A DNA stretch of 64,000 nt from Spirochaetia bacterium (GTDB lineage: Bacteria > Spirochaetota > Spirochaetia > SZUA-6 > Bin103), in contig CBDBDQ010000005.1 of assembly GCA_965203905.1 (NCBI GenBank), forward strand, positions 320,001-384,000. The letters run 5' to 3'. The notes below the pieces were generated by a model. That model made no database searches and was not told the DNA's origin. It worked only from the letters and a program-made list of their open reading frames with translations. The position numbers and the translations under genes are program-made. Shown here one piece after another: positions 39,190 through 48,865 of the stretch. Numbering within the stretch: position 1 is the stretch's first letter; each line of letters starts with the position of its first letter.

Positions 39190-40722
39190 ATGAAAAACAC
39201 TTTACGACACCTGATAGCGTGCGCTGCGCTGGCGCTCGTATCGCAAGTACCCTTGTTCGCTACCGGACAGGCGGCCACCGCTACCACCGTGGCGGCTCCG
39301 CTCGAGGTCATCTCCAGGACCTTTATCGATGTATACGACGAAAACGACGTCCTGGACCTGCTGCAGGAGCGGCTCGGTTTCGAGATCGACTGGACGCGAA
39401 AGTCCTCATCCGATTACCGCGAGCAACAACTGGTCGTACTGGCATCCGGAGATTATCCCGACGTCATGGAATTCCTCTGGAGCGACATCTTCAAGGATGT
39501 CAGGCAGAACGCCGAGGACGGAGTCTTCAGACCCCTGAACGATCTGCTTGAACAGCATGGCCAGAACATTCTGGCAGCGCGTCCCTATGACGAACAGTGG
39601 TACAAGCCGCTGGATGACGGGGAAGTCTATTCCATACCGACACGGTTCAACAGTTGGCTGGCCGAGCATGGGCTGCTCGTGCGTACCGACTGGTTGGCCA
39701 ATCTGGGGCTCTCCGTACCGACCAATCTGGACGAGCTCTACACGGTACTGCAGGCGTTTACCAACGACGACCCGGATCAGGACGGACGCAAGGACACGTT
39801 CGGATCGGACTGCGTCTCGATCATCTCGGGACGCCAGACCGGGTGGCGTTGCGACCTGAACCGAATCATAGCGACCGCTTTCGGGGTCAACCCCAGCCAC
39901 GGCGGCGGAACGGCCTGGGACGTGATAGATGGGGAACTGGTCAACTGGCTGGTCAACCCCGCCTATCTGGACGTGGTCAAGTATGAACGGCGACTGTACC
40001 AGGAAGGTCTCATCGACCCCGAGTATGCAATCATGACGCGGCCGAACCGGCTCGACAAGATCTACGCCGGGACGTACGGCGTGCATCGCTGGCCGTTCAC
40101 CCACCTGGACAGCACCTCGTCGTGGTGGACCGGTCTTACCAACGGAAATCCGGGCTTGGAATTCGCCTGGATCGAGCCGTTCACCGATCCCCAGGGCAGA
40201 CGCCGCCACCTGGAGATGGGCATCAGCACGGGCAGCTTCCAGTCGTCGGTATTTTCCGAGAGCAGCCAACCGGAGAACGCCATCAAGCTGATCGACTTCC
40301 TGGCCACGGAGGAGGGCGCACTGCTGGCCTCCTACGGTCAGGAGGACGTGCACTACCACTACGAAGGCCAGAACCTCATCGTCACCGAGATGACCGAAGA
40401 TGAAAGGAAAAGCAGTGGAGCATACGTGTACTCCTGGTTCTTCAGGAAGACCAACGTGTTGCCGATCAACGAGTATCACGCTGACATCGTGGCCAACTAC
40501 CTCAAGTTCGTGGAGCCGAAGCTGACCTTCCCGCCGCTCCCGGCGGGTGTCAAGTACGGGGCCGGCTTGACCGATCTCGTATTGAGCCGCATCACCACCA
40601 TCATTACGGCGGGCGACATCGACGTCGACGCCGAGTACGCCGCCCTGGTGGCAGAGTGGCTCGACAAGGGCGGCCGTGAGATCACCGCAGAGGTGAACGC
40701 CTACTATCAGACACTGAACTGA
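39190..40722 (+). CDS. Carbohydrate ABC solute-binding protein (paralog of 35331)
   Basis: Signal peptide, ASGDYPD, VRTDWLANLGL, DPDQDGRKDTFG. Confidence 0.9.
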   Translation: MKNTLRHLIACAALALVSQVPLFATGQAATATTVAAPLEVISRTFIDVYDENDVLDLLQERLGFEIDWTRKSSSDYREQQLVVLASGDYPDVMEFLWSDIFKDVRQNAEDGVFRPLNDLLEQHGQNILAARPYDEQWYKPLDDGEVYSIPTRFNSWLAEHGLLVRTDWLANLGLSVPTNLDELYTVLQAFTNDDPDQDGRKDTFGSDCVSIISGRQTGWRCDLNRIIATAFGVNPSHGGGTAWDVIDGELVNWLVNPAYLDVVKYERRLYQEGLIDPEYAIMTRPNRLDKIYAGTYGVHRWPFTHLDSTSSWWTGLTNGNPGLEFAWIEPFTDPQGRRRHLEMGISTGSFQSSVFSESSQPENAIKLIDFLATEEGALLASYGQEDVHYHYEGQNLIVTEMTEDERKSSGAYVYSWFFRKTNVLPINEYHADIVANYLKFVEPKLTFPPLPAGVKYGAGLTDLVLSRITTIITAGDIDVDAEYAALVAEWLDKGGREITAEVNAYYQTLN

Positions 40723-40729
40723 CCGTGGT

Positions 40730-40772
40730 CATCGCGGGCTTCGGAGGAGCGCCTCCGAGGCCTGCGGTGATG
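40730..40772. terminator. Stem-loop after SBP (mRNA stabiliser or partial terminator)
   Basis: GC-rich imperfect inverted repeat centred on TCGGAGG-AGCG-CCTCCGA. Confidence 0.5.
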
Positions 40773-40809
40773 CGGCTGACGGCTACCATAGACGCCACCT
40801 GCTGAAACC

Positions 40810-41721
40810 GTGAGCAAGCAACCGAAGATCAGCGAATTCTGGAAGGCCAGACAGCTCTATCTCATGATGATTCCCGGTCTTCTGTTTCTCTTCGTGTACC
40901 GCTACCTGCCCATGTACGGCGTCGTCATTGCCTTCAAGGACTTCCGAATCGCACGCGGTATCCTGAGAAGTCCGTGGGCGGGTCTGATCAATTTCGAGGA
41001 ATTGTTCCTGTCCCCGTTCTTCGAGATGATCCTGCGCAACACCATTATCATCAGCGGACTAAAGCTGATCTTCGTGTTTCCCGTGCCGATCATCCTGGCG
41101 CTCATGTTGAATGAGGTGTCCGGGCTACGCCTCAAGAAGACCATTCAGACGGTCCTCTACCTGCCCCACTTTCTTTCCTGGGTAGTGATCGGAAACCTGA
41201 TCTTCATCCTGATTGCACCATCCACCGGAGTGTTGTCGAATTTCCTCCAGACGCTGGCCGGCAGGCAGATCGACATGCTGATCCATCCGGACAAATTTCG
41301 CATTCTGCTGGTGATCAGCGAAATCTGGAAGGAGGCGGGCTGGGGCACGATCATCTTTCTGGCGGCGCTGGTCGGCGTCGATCCGAATCTCTACGAGGCA
41401 TCGTTGATGGACGGTGCCAAGAAGCTGCAGCAGATCTGGTACATCACGATCCCCGCCATCATGCCGATCATCATAATCATCTTCATCTTGCGCCTGGGAT
41501 ACGTGATGGACGCCGGTTTCGAACAGATATTTGTGCTCCAGAACGTAATGGTGTACCAGAAGAGTGAGATCATCGATACCTACGTCTACAAGGCCGCCTT
41601 CGAGCAGGGCCGCTACGCGCTCGGGGCGGCTGCCGGCCTGTTCAAGTCGGTGATTGGAATGGCCCTGGTTCTGCTCGCCAACCGGCTCACCAAGACCGCC
41701 GGCAACGAGGGGATGTGGTGA
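40810..41721 (+). CDS. Carbohydrate ABC permease (LplB-like)
   Basis: YLPMYGVVIAFK, PHFLSWV, YEASLMDGA. Confidence 0.92.
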   Translation: MSKQPKISEFWKARQLYLMMIPGLLFLFVYRYLPMYGVVIAFKDFRIARGILRSPWAGLINFEELFLSPFFEMILRNTIIISGLKLIFVFPVPIILALMLNEVSGLRLKKTIQTVLYLPHFLSWVVIGNLIFILIAPSTGVLSNFLQTLAGRQIDMLIHPDKFRILLVISEIWKEAGWGTIIFLAALVGVDPNLYEASLMDGAKKLQQIWYITIPAIMPIIIIIFILRLGYVMDAGFEQIFVLQNVMVYQKSEIIDTYVYKAAFEQGRYALGAAAGLFKSVIGMALVLLANRLTKTAGNEGMW

Positions 41722-41725
41722 CCCG

Positions 41726-42595
41726 GTGAACACCCGCCCGAGACGCCACTTCGGCTACTATCTGAACATCGCCATTCTGCTCCTCATCGCGATATTGATG
41801 ACCTACCCGCTGTGGTACGTGTTCATGTTCAGCGTCAGTTCGAGAGGCGCTGTGTCAAGTGGAGAGCTGCTCTTCTACCCGAAACAATTCACGTTGAACA
41901 ACCTGCGCTTCGTGCTCAGCTCTCCCGAGGTACGGGACGCCTACTACACCACCTTCCTGGTGGTGGTACCCGGTACCATCATGAGCCTCATCGTTACCGC
42001 GCTATTGTCCTATCCGCTGTCTACGAGAATCCCGGGCGTGCCCCTCATTTCGTTGCTGGCCTACATCACCATCGTGTTCCACGGCGGCATCATTCCTACC
42101 TTCGTGATCGTCAAGGCCACCGGTCTGCTGGATACGCGATGGTCTCTGATTCTTCCGCAACTGGTCAATCCATTCTACATCTTCATCATGGTCAAGTTCT
42201 TCCGTCAGATTCCGGCGAGCCTGTCCGAATCCGCCAACATGGACGGCGCTAGCGACTTCACCATCATGTTCCGCATCATGCTGCCCCTGTCGCTGCCGGT
42301 GTTGGCTACCATCAGCTTGTTCTACGCGGTACGCTACTGGAATTCGTTCTTCGATGCCGTCATCTATATCTCGGATCCGAAGAAACGTCCGCTGCAAGTG
42401 CTGTTGCGCAACCTGTTGATCATCGACGAGCACGATCCGGTCGGCGCCAGCACTTCCAAGGAACGGGCCGGGATAACGCGAGAGGGAATCAAGATGACCA
42501 CCACCGTGGTCACCGTGGTACCGATTCTGCTGGTGTATCCGTTCCTGCAGAAGTACTTCGTCAAGGGATTGATGATCGGAGCCGTGAAGGGATAG
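41726..42595 (+). CDS. Carbohydrate ABC permease (LplC-like)
   Basis: GGIIPTF, ESANMDGA, YPFLQKYFVKGLMIGAVKG. Confidence 0.92.
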   Translation: MNTRPRRHFGYYLNIAILLLIAILMTYPLWYVFMFSVSSRGAVSSGELLFYPKQFTLNNLRFVLSSPEVRDAYYTTFLVVVPGTIMSLIVTALLSYPLSTRIPGVPLISLLAYITIVFHGGIIPTFVIVKATGLLDTRWSLILPQLVNPFYIFIMVKFFRQIPASLSESANMDGASDFTIMFRIMLPLSLPVLATISLFYAVRYWNSFFDAVIYISDPKKRPLQVLLRNLLIIDEHDPVGASTSKERAGITREGIKMTTTVVTVVPILLVYPFLQKYFVKGLMIGAVKG

Positions 42596-42615
42596 ACCGG
42601 TCGAAGGAGTTACCT

Positions 42616-43734
42616 GTGAGCAACCATGCAGTCCTGTGGGATCCCCGCGTCCCACTGCCGTCCGGCAACGACATCGAGGCATTGCCCAGTGTGCGCCTCA
42701 CGACGATCAAGCCTTACGATCCATACCACGACGGGTACCAGTTTCACCACGGTCCCGCCATCTATGAGCACCGGGACACCATGTACGTTTCGTATGCCGT
42801 CAACAAGCGCAAGGAAAACACGGCCGGCGAGACCGTCCTGGTGCAGCGCAGCACCGATCGGGGAGGCTCCTGGACCGACCCTCGGATCATGCAGCCACCG
42901 CCGCCGCACACCGGCTACACCCACGGCGTGTTCATGGCTCAAGAGGGGCGTTTGTGGGCGTTTCATCCGCAGTTCGGCGACAATCCCTTCCCGCCACCGC
43001 CGGAGACCTACTTCTACAACCGGTTCCGCGGCTTGCGCATGTTCGCCTGGACGCTCGACGAGAGCGCCGACACGTGGCATCCGGAAGGGGTCGTAGCCGA
43101 CAATTTCTGGCCCTACCACGAGCCGCTCAGGATGGACAACGGCAACTGGATCATCCCCGGCATGAGCAAGGACTTCCTGTCGGCGATCGCCATCAGCGAC
43201 GGCGACAACTTCAGGCGCTGGCGCGTCATCCACCCGCCGCTGGGCGGTCTCATGGGAAACGAGTCGACCTGCTGGTTGGCGGCGAACCGAGTGTACCAGG
43301 TGATCAGGAACCAGGCGCCGTGGAACAAGTACGTCACCTACGCGATCTTGAGCGTGAGCGAAGACTACGGCGAGACCTGGACCACGGCCGGCGAAACCAA
43401 TCTGCCCATGACCATCTCCAAGCCGTATTGCGGGGTGCTCAGCAGTGGCCATATCTACCTGCTCGGCAACTGCGTGTACGATCACGGCAATCGGCGCCGC
43501 TTCCTGACCATCGCCATCGGCGACCCCGGCACCCGTATCTTCAATCGAATGTACCTGCTCAGAGATATACAGCGTTCTCCGTCGCCCGCTGGCAAGGCCG
43601 AGATGATCAGCCTGGCCTACCCCCACCTGATCGAGTCAGGTGGCGACGTGTACGTGGTCCACTCGGCCGGGTCGTCCCCCAATATCAACAACATCGATCT
43701 GGCGGTGGTGCCGCTGCAGGAGCTCATCAAGTAG
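42616..43734 (+). CDS. BNR/Asp-box sialidase-fold protein (paralog of 34062)
   Basis: Asp-boxes STDRGGSW and SEDYGETW; SKPYCG.LSSG; AYP. Confidence 0.78.
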   Translation: MSNHAVLWDPRVPLPSGNDIEALPSVRLTTIKPYDPYHDGYQFHHGPAIYEHRDTMYVSYAVNKRKENTAGETVLVQRSTDRGGSWTDPRIMQPPPPHTGYTHGVFMAQEGRLWAFHPQFGDNPFPPPPETYFYNRFRGLRMFAWTLDESADTWHPEGVVADNFWPYHEPLRMDNGNWIIPGMSKDFLSAIAISDGDNFRRWRVIHPPLGGLMGNESTCWLAANRVYQVIRNQAPWNKYVTYAILSVSEDYGETWTTAGETNLPMTISKPYCGVLSSGHIYLLGNCVYDHGNRRRFLTIAIGDPGTRIFNRMYLLRDIQRSPSPAGKAEMISLAYPHLIESGGDVYVVHSAGSSPNINNIDLAVVPLQELIK

Positions 43735-43969
43735 TTCGGTACTGAGCGGCTGCGCACAGGCGAGCCATGAGATCGGTTGCGCGCTGTCTCTTGGCCGGGT
43801 CCGGATCGCGCATTTCTATCAGCATCAGGGTCTCGATTGCATCCGGATCACCCCGTTCCCCCGTTCCCCCGTTCCGCGGCCGCCAGCGGTGGCGTCAAGG
43901 CAGCGTACTCTCTCGTCCAGGATTGTCCGCGGTCGAGTCCGGGGCTAATCTGCCTCGCAAGGAGGCCCC

Positions 43970-45115
43970 ATGAACCCCGACGTAGTGCAACTGTCGCTGG
44001 ATGACTTCGAGGAAGCGATCGACCTCATCAACTACGTGTTCAGCCAGGCCCACGACCCGCACGACTTCGAACGGCGGCTGCCGAAGCTGTACCGGCCCAC
44101 CGAGGAGCTGATGCGCTGCAACTACGGCGTCCGCCTTCACGGGCGGTTGGTGGCAGTCGCCGGCGCTTACCCGCTGGTCTGGCAGGTCGGCGCGACGGCG
44201 CTGCGGGTGACCGGCATCGCCGGCGTGGCCACCCACCCGCGTCACCGCGACAAGGGGCTGATGGGTGCCGTGGTGAGCCACTGCGTGGCCGAGGCGCGGG
44301 CGGCGGGCTGTCATCTCTCCTGGCTGGATGGCCTGCGCCGCCGCTACCGCCACTTCGGCTACGAGCGCTGCGGTACGGAGCTCGGCTTCCGCCTCGCCGC
44401 CCGCGACTTCGCCGCTGCCGGCATCGACGCCGCCGGGCTGCGGATTCGGCGCCTGCGGGAAGGGGATGGGCTGCTGGCCGAGGCGCAGCGGCTGCACGCG
44501 CGGCAGGAGGTACACTGGCAGCGATCGCCGGCAGAGTTCCTGACCATCTGCATGAGCTGGAACGCCGAACTGTACGCCGCGCTGGATGGGGACGAGTTTG
44601 CGGGCTACCTGATTGCCGGCCGTGACCCGTCCCGGGTCGTGGAGTTGGTCGCGGTCGATGCCGCGGACGCGCCGCGCCTTGCCGCCGGCTGGTGTGCGAC
44701 GCGCGGCGGACGGATAGCCGTGGCTGCCTCACCCTGGCAGACGGTCGCCGGGCGCAGTCTCGGCGCCCTTGCCGACAAGTCGGAGCTGGGCTGCTGCGGC
44801 AACTGGCAGGTGTTCGACTGGCCGGCCCTGCTGGCTGCGGTGCTGGGCGAACGAGCTCGAGCCGGGTCGCTGCCCGGCGGCGAGGCGGTGCTCGAGATCG
44901 CCAGCACCGGCCGGCTACGGCTGTGGGTGGATGGCCCCGCCGCCGGGTGCACCGCCACCAGCGACACGCCTCAGGTGACGCTGGACCCCTTCACCGCCAT
45001 GCGCGTGCTGTTCGGTCCCCTTCCCACGCACTTGAGCGACGCCGCCTCGCTCCCCGCCCCCCTCCACACGTGGTGCCCGCTGCCGCTGCACATTCCCGCG
45101 GCCGATCGCGTCTGA
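43970..45115 (+). CDS. GNAT N-acetyltransferase (Eis-like)
   Basis: GIAGVATHPRHRDKGLM, RYRHFGYE; C-terminal SCP2-like part; AAGGAGG RBS. Confidence 0.82.
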   Translation: MNPDVVQLSLDDFEEAIDLINYVFSQAHDPHDFERRLPKLYRPTEELMRCNYGVRLHGRLVAVAGAYPLVWQVGATALRVTGIAGVATHPRHRDKGLMGAVVSHCVAEARAAGCHLSWLDGLRRRYRHFGYERCGTELGFRLAARDFAAAGIDAAGLRIRRLREGDGLLAEAQRLHARQEVHWQRSPAEFLTICMSWNAELYAALDGDEFAGYLIAGRDPSRVVELVAVDAADAPRLAAGWCATRGGRIAVAASPWQTVAGRSLGALADKSELGCCGNWQVFDWPALLAAVLGERARAGSLPGGEAVLEIASTGRLRLWVDGPAAGCTATSDTPQVTLDPFTAMRVLFGPLPTHLSDAASLPAPLHTWCPLPLHIPAADRV

Positions 45116-45160
45116 GCGCCCCTCGACTGCATGACAAAAGCATGATATAAGCATGCCAGG

Positions 45161-45376
45161 ATGAATCTCCAGGTCAAGAACGTATCGCCCGATCTGCACG
45201 CGCGCCTGCGCCGCCATGCCCGAGCCCGCAGGAGCAGCATGAGCGAGGTGGTGCTCACCGCCGTCGAACGCGAACTGTCCCGGCACGAATGGCGCGAGCG
45301 TCTCGCCCGACGTCCCGAAACGGAACTCGCGGTCTCGGCTGCCGCGCTTCTGGAGCAGGAGCGGGCTATCCCTTGA
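45161..45376 (+). CDS. FitA-like ribbon-helix-helix antitoxin, orphan
   Basis: NLQVKNV..DLHARL...ARRSSMSE; 3' end overlaps a convergent permease; no toxin follows. Confidence 0.7.
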   Translation: MNLQVKNVSPDLHARLRRHARARRSSMSEVVLTAVERELSRHEWRERLARRPETELAVSAAALLEQERAIP

Positions 45377-46247
45377 TGCCCCCCAGCCGGACGCCCTGTA
45401 CGAAGTACTTTTGGATGAACGGATAGACACACAGGATCGGAACTGTCGTGATGACGATCATCGCCGTCTTCAGCGACTGCGCCGGCGGCATCGTCCTGAG
45501 GTCTATCATCGCCTCGGCCTCGTCCAGAAGGCCGCGGATGAGAATGGAACGAAGTCGGTTCTGCAGCGGCAGCTTGCGCGGGTCACTGATGAAGATGAAG
45601 GCCTGGAACCATTCGTTCCAATGGTAGACCGCATAGAACAGCCCTATGGTCGCAATTGCCGCCGTCGATAGCGGCAGCACGATGCGGACTATGATGTAGC
45701 CGATCGAGGCCCCGTCCATGATTGCGGCTTCCTCGAAATCCTTGGGCAGCTCCATGAAGAAGTTGCGCATGATCAGCATCCACCAGGCGTTCACCAGGTT
45801 GGGCAGCACCAGCGCCCAGAAGCTGTTGATCAGGCCGACCTTCTCCACCAGCATGTACAGTGGAATGAGGCCGCCGCTGAACACCATGGTAAAGAACACC
45901 GCCAGCGTCACGGCAGTACGTCCCAGAAACCTCTTGCTGAGCGCGTACGCCAACAGGATGGTGACCGCCATGTTGCAGCACGTACCCACGGTGATGCGCA
46001 GAACACTCACGGCCATTCCACGAAACACGAGACCACGCGTTGCCAGCAGCGTCTGGTAGGCATCCAGCACCGGCGCTTCGGGCCAGAGCACGAAAGCCCC
46101 TTTCCGCGTCCACTCGGCCTGACTGGTCAACGAGGTCCCGATCACGCTCAGGAACGGTATCAGGCAGAATATCGCGAACAGCGCCAGCGCGCCGAAATTC
46201 ACCACGTTGAAAGGGATGTCGCCGCTGTGCTTTTTCATTGCAACCAT
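45366..46247 (-). CDS. Carbohydrate ABC permease
   Basis: FSGGLIPLY, EEAAIMDGA, YPFIQKYFVQG...GIKG. Confidence 0.92.
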   Translation of the reverse strand: MVAMKKHSGDIPFNVVNFGALALFAIFCLIPFLSVIGTSLTSQAEWTRKGAFVLWPEAPVLDAYQTLLATRGLVFRGMAVSVLRITVGTCCNMAVTILLAYALSKRFLGRTAVTLAVFFTMVFSGGLIPLYMLVEKVGLINSFWALVLPNLVNAWWMLIMRNFFMELPKDFEEAAIMDGASIGYIIVRIVLPLSTAAIATIGLFYAVYHWNEWFQAFIFISDPRKLPLQNRLRSILIRGLLDEAEAMIDLRTMPPAQSLKTAMIVITTVPILCVYPFIQKYFVQGVRLGGIKG

Positions 46248-47173
46248 CAGAACAGCCCGGAATGACCCAGCCTCTTGGCGACGAAGTTGCACAACAGGAG
46301 CAGCACCATCGCGGCCACCGACTTGAACACGCCGACCGCGGTTGCGAAAGAGTACTGCATGGCGAGCAAGCCGGAACGGTAGACGTAGGTGTCTATTATG
46401 TCGGCCACCTCGTACACCGGCTCCGAGTACAACAGCAGTATCAGCTCGAACCCGGCGTCAAGCAGTCTGCCCACGGCGAAAATCAGCAGCAACCCGATTA
46501 TGAAACTGATGCTGGGCAGCGTGATGTAACGGATCTTCTGCATCCTGTTGGCACCGTCGATCACCGCTGACTCGTAGAGCTCGGGATCGATGCTGCTGAT
46601 GGCGGCCAGGTAGAGAATGCTCTCCCAGCCGGTATGCTGCCAGATGTGGGTTACCACCAGGATCCAGCGGAAGTACCGGGGGTCTCCCAGAAACAGGTGC
46701 GGCTGCCCGCCCAGCAGGACGATCGCGCTGTTCAGAATGCCGCCGTCGACGGACAGGAACATCATGACCAGCCCGGCTACCACCACCGTCGAAAAGAAGT
46801 GCGGAATATACGCGATGGTCTGTATGGTGCGCTTGAATCCCCGCTGCAGTACCTCGTTCAACGACAGCGCCAGGAGGATCGGGATCGGAAACCCGAACAT
46901 GATCAGCATGACGCGGATCAGTATCGTGTTGCGCAGGATTTCCCAGAAATAGTACGACTCGAAGAAGCGCTGGAACCACTTGATGCCGACGAAGGGCTTG
47001 GTAAGGATGTCCTGAACGCTGGAGAATGGAGATACGTCCTTGAACGCTATGATGATACCGAACATCGGGACGTATCGAAATAACAAGAAGAACAGTACGC
47101 CCGCGGCGGCGATGGCATAGTATGGAAGGCTCTTCTTCAAAGCCTTGCGGAAGTCCGAAGTGTCAACTACCAC
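46247..47173 (-). CDS. Carbohydrate ABC permease
   Basis: YVPMFGIIIAFK, PHFFSTV, YESAVIDGA. Confidence 0.92.
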   Translation of the reverse strand: MVVDTSDFRKALKKSLPYYAIAAAGVLFFLLFRYVPMFGIIIAFKDVSPFSSVQDILTKPFVGIKWFQRFFESYYFWEILRNTILIRVMLIMFGFPIPILLALSLNEVLQRGFKRTIQTIAYIPHFFSTVVVAGLVMMFLSVDGGILNSAIVLLGGQPHLFLGDPRYFRWILVVTHIWQHTGWESILYLAAISSIDPELYESAVIDGANRMQKIRYITLPSISFIIGLLLIFAVGRLLDAGFELILLLYSEPVYEVADIIDTYVYRSGLLAMQYSFATAVGVFKSVAAMVLLLLCNFVAKRLGHSGLF

Positions 47174-47195
47174 GGATCATTCGTCACTAACCGAC

Positions 47196-47233
47196 GACGA
47201 GCCGGAAGAACCCGGTCGGTTCCCCGGCTCGTC
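47196..47233. terminator. Stem-loop between SBP and permease
   Basis: GACGAGCCGG...CCGGCTCGTC inverted repeat. Confidence 0.5.
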
Positions 47234-47265
47234 GGCATGCGATTGCGGATGGTTCCGATCTCCGC

Positions 47266-48753
47266 TTACTTCTTGTGGATATTGTACTGCCGGGTGTACT
47301 CCGCGGACACCTTTTCGTAGCCCGCCTTCTTCAGTTCATTGAGGAAATCGTCCCACTCCGCCATAGGGCGGATGCCCATGATGAACTTGACCTGCTCCTC
47401 GCTCAGCATACGCGTGATGTCGCTCCACGCCCCGACGTTGTCCTGTGCCGCCTTGAAGTCGTAGGGGACGTAGTAGTCGAACGGCATCTTGCCGAAGTCG
47501 TACTCGTACTGGTAGTCCTTCATGTGCAGGTAATGCTTTTTCAGATCCTCCGAGTCAGGGGCGTACAGGATCGAAATCGGGAGACTGGTCGCGACCATGA
47601 ACTCCGACACGTAGTCCTGGTTGAGGCGCCTTATGAAATACGGATTCGCGGGGTCCTCCCACTCCCAGTCTATCCCCTTTACGCCGTACTCGGCGGTTGC
47701 CGCATTCTCCGCATTGTTGGTGTCGAACTGCCAGTTCATGAGCTTCATCGCGGCTGCCGGATCGGGACTGTCCTTGGAGATCATGAAGGCCGCGGTGAGA
47801 CTCACGAAATTGGTGGCGGCCGGTCCATTGTCACTCACCAGCGGCTTCGGGAACACGTACGTCTTGTCGAATCCGCCGGCCGCGATCAGGCGCTGCACGT
47901 GGATGGTCATCCGCGAATACCAGCCCGCGAAGATACCAACGTTGCCGCGCTTGATGATCTCGGCGTCATCATGCTTGACGAACGTGTCCGGGTGGAAGTA
48001 GCCCTGGCCGTACCACTCTGCCATGGTCGCAATGAAGTCGCGGTAACCGGGCGCGAACTCCGGGATCTGTACGTTGCCCTGGTGGTCCAGCCAGCGGGCG
48101 TTGCCGCCTTCCACAAAGGCGCCGGCCCAGGCGTTGCGCAGATGCTCGAAACTGCTCGACAGCATTACCGCATCGGGATTGACTTCGCGCATCTTGAGCA
48201 GCGCGCCTTCGAGTTCCTCGAAAGTCGTTGGCAACTCCATTCCGGCGTCATCCAGCATGTTCTGTTGGAACCACGTGAAGAACGTATGTGCCATGATTCC
48301 AAGCCGTGGGATTCCCCAGATGTTGCCGTCGGAATCGGTCATTCCGTTCCACCACAGCTCGGGGAAGGCTGCCTTGATGTTGGGCCCGTAATCGTCCAGC
48401 AACTGGTTGATGGGCTGCACCGCCTCGAGGTATTCGGGCCAGTTGCCGGTGAAGACATCGATCCTGGGATTGCCCGACGACAGCGCCAGGTTCAGCTTGG
48501 TCCTGAATTCGGGTGAGTACGGGTCGGTTGCGTGACCGACCGGCTTGACGCCGACCGCGTCGGTTATGGCTTGCTGTACCCGCTCGTACACCTCCGGCGG
48601 CGAGCCTTGTGCGGTAACGTTACCGATGGTCGGCCAAATGTAGACCTCCGGTATTGCTTCGGCTGCCGCCCCTTCCTCTGCCCCGGCGGCCCACGCCGTC
48701 CCTGCTGCCAAGAGGCATACGACGGCGAAAATACTAATGAGCGTGCGTTTCAT
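47266..48753 (-). CDS. Carbohydrate ABC solute-binding protein
   Basis: Signal peptide MKRTL...AWAAGAEE, GNIWGIP, KFIMGIRPMAEWDDF. Confidence 0.88.
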   Translation of the reverse strand: MKRTLISIFAVVCLLAAGTAWAAGAEEGAAAEAIPEVYIWPTIGNVTAQGSPPEVYERVQQAITDAVGVKPVGHATDPYSPEFRTKLNLALSSGNPRIDVFTGNWPEYLEAVQPINQLLDDYGPNIKAAFPELWWNGMTDSDGNIWGIPRLGIMAHTFFTWFQQNMLDDAGMELPTTFEELEGALLKMREVNPDAVMLSSSFEHLRNAWAGAFVEGGNARWLDHQGNVQIPEFAPGYRDFIATMAEWYGQGYFHPDTFVKHDDAEIIKRGNVGIFAGWYSRMTIHVQRLIAAGGFDKTYVFPKPLVSDNGPAATNFVSLTAAFMISKDSPDPAAAMKLMNWQFDTNNAENAATAEYGVKGIDWEWEDPANPYFIRRLNQDYVSEFMVATSLPISILYAPDSEDLKKHYLHMKDYQYEYDFGKMPFDYYVPYDFKAAQDNVGAWSDITRMLSEEQVKFIMGIRPMAEWDDFLNELKKAGYEKVSAEYTRQYNIHKK

Positions 48754-48772
48754 TGCGCCCTCCTCTCGCGTC

Positions 48773-48800
48773 AGCTTAGCGATTGGCGGCCGGCTGTCAA
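48773..48800 (-). promoter_or_regulatory. sigma70 promoter of the third ABC operon
   Basis: TTGACA, 16 nt, TAAGCT, then GAGGAGG RBS. Confidence 0.65.
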
Positions 48801-48865
48801 CGCGGGGGTGGCGCGGTGGGCGCGGTCGGCGTAGTACCGGCAAGCGTGCCCCTCAGGAGCCGCGG

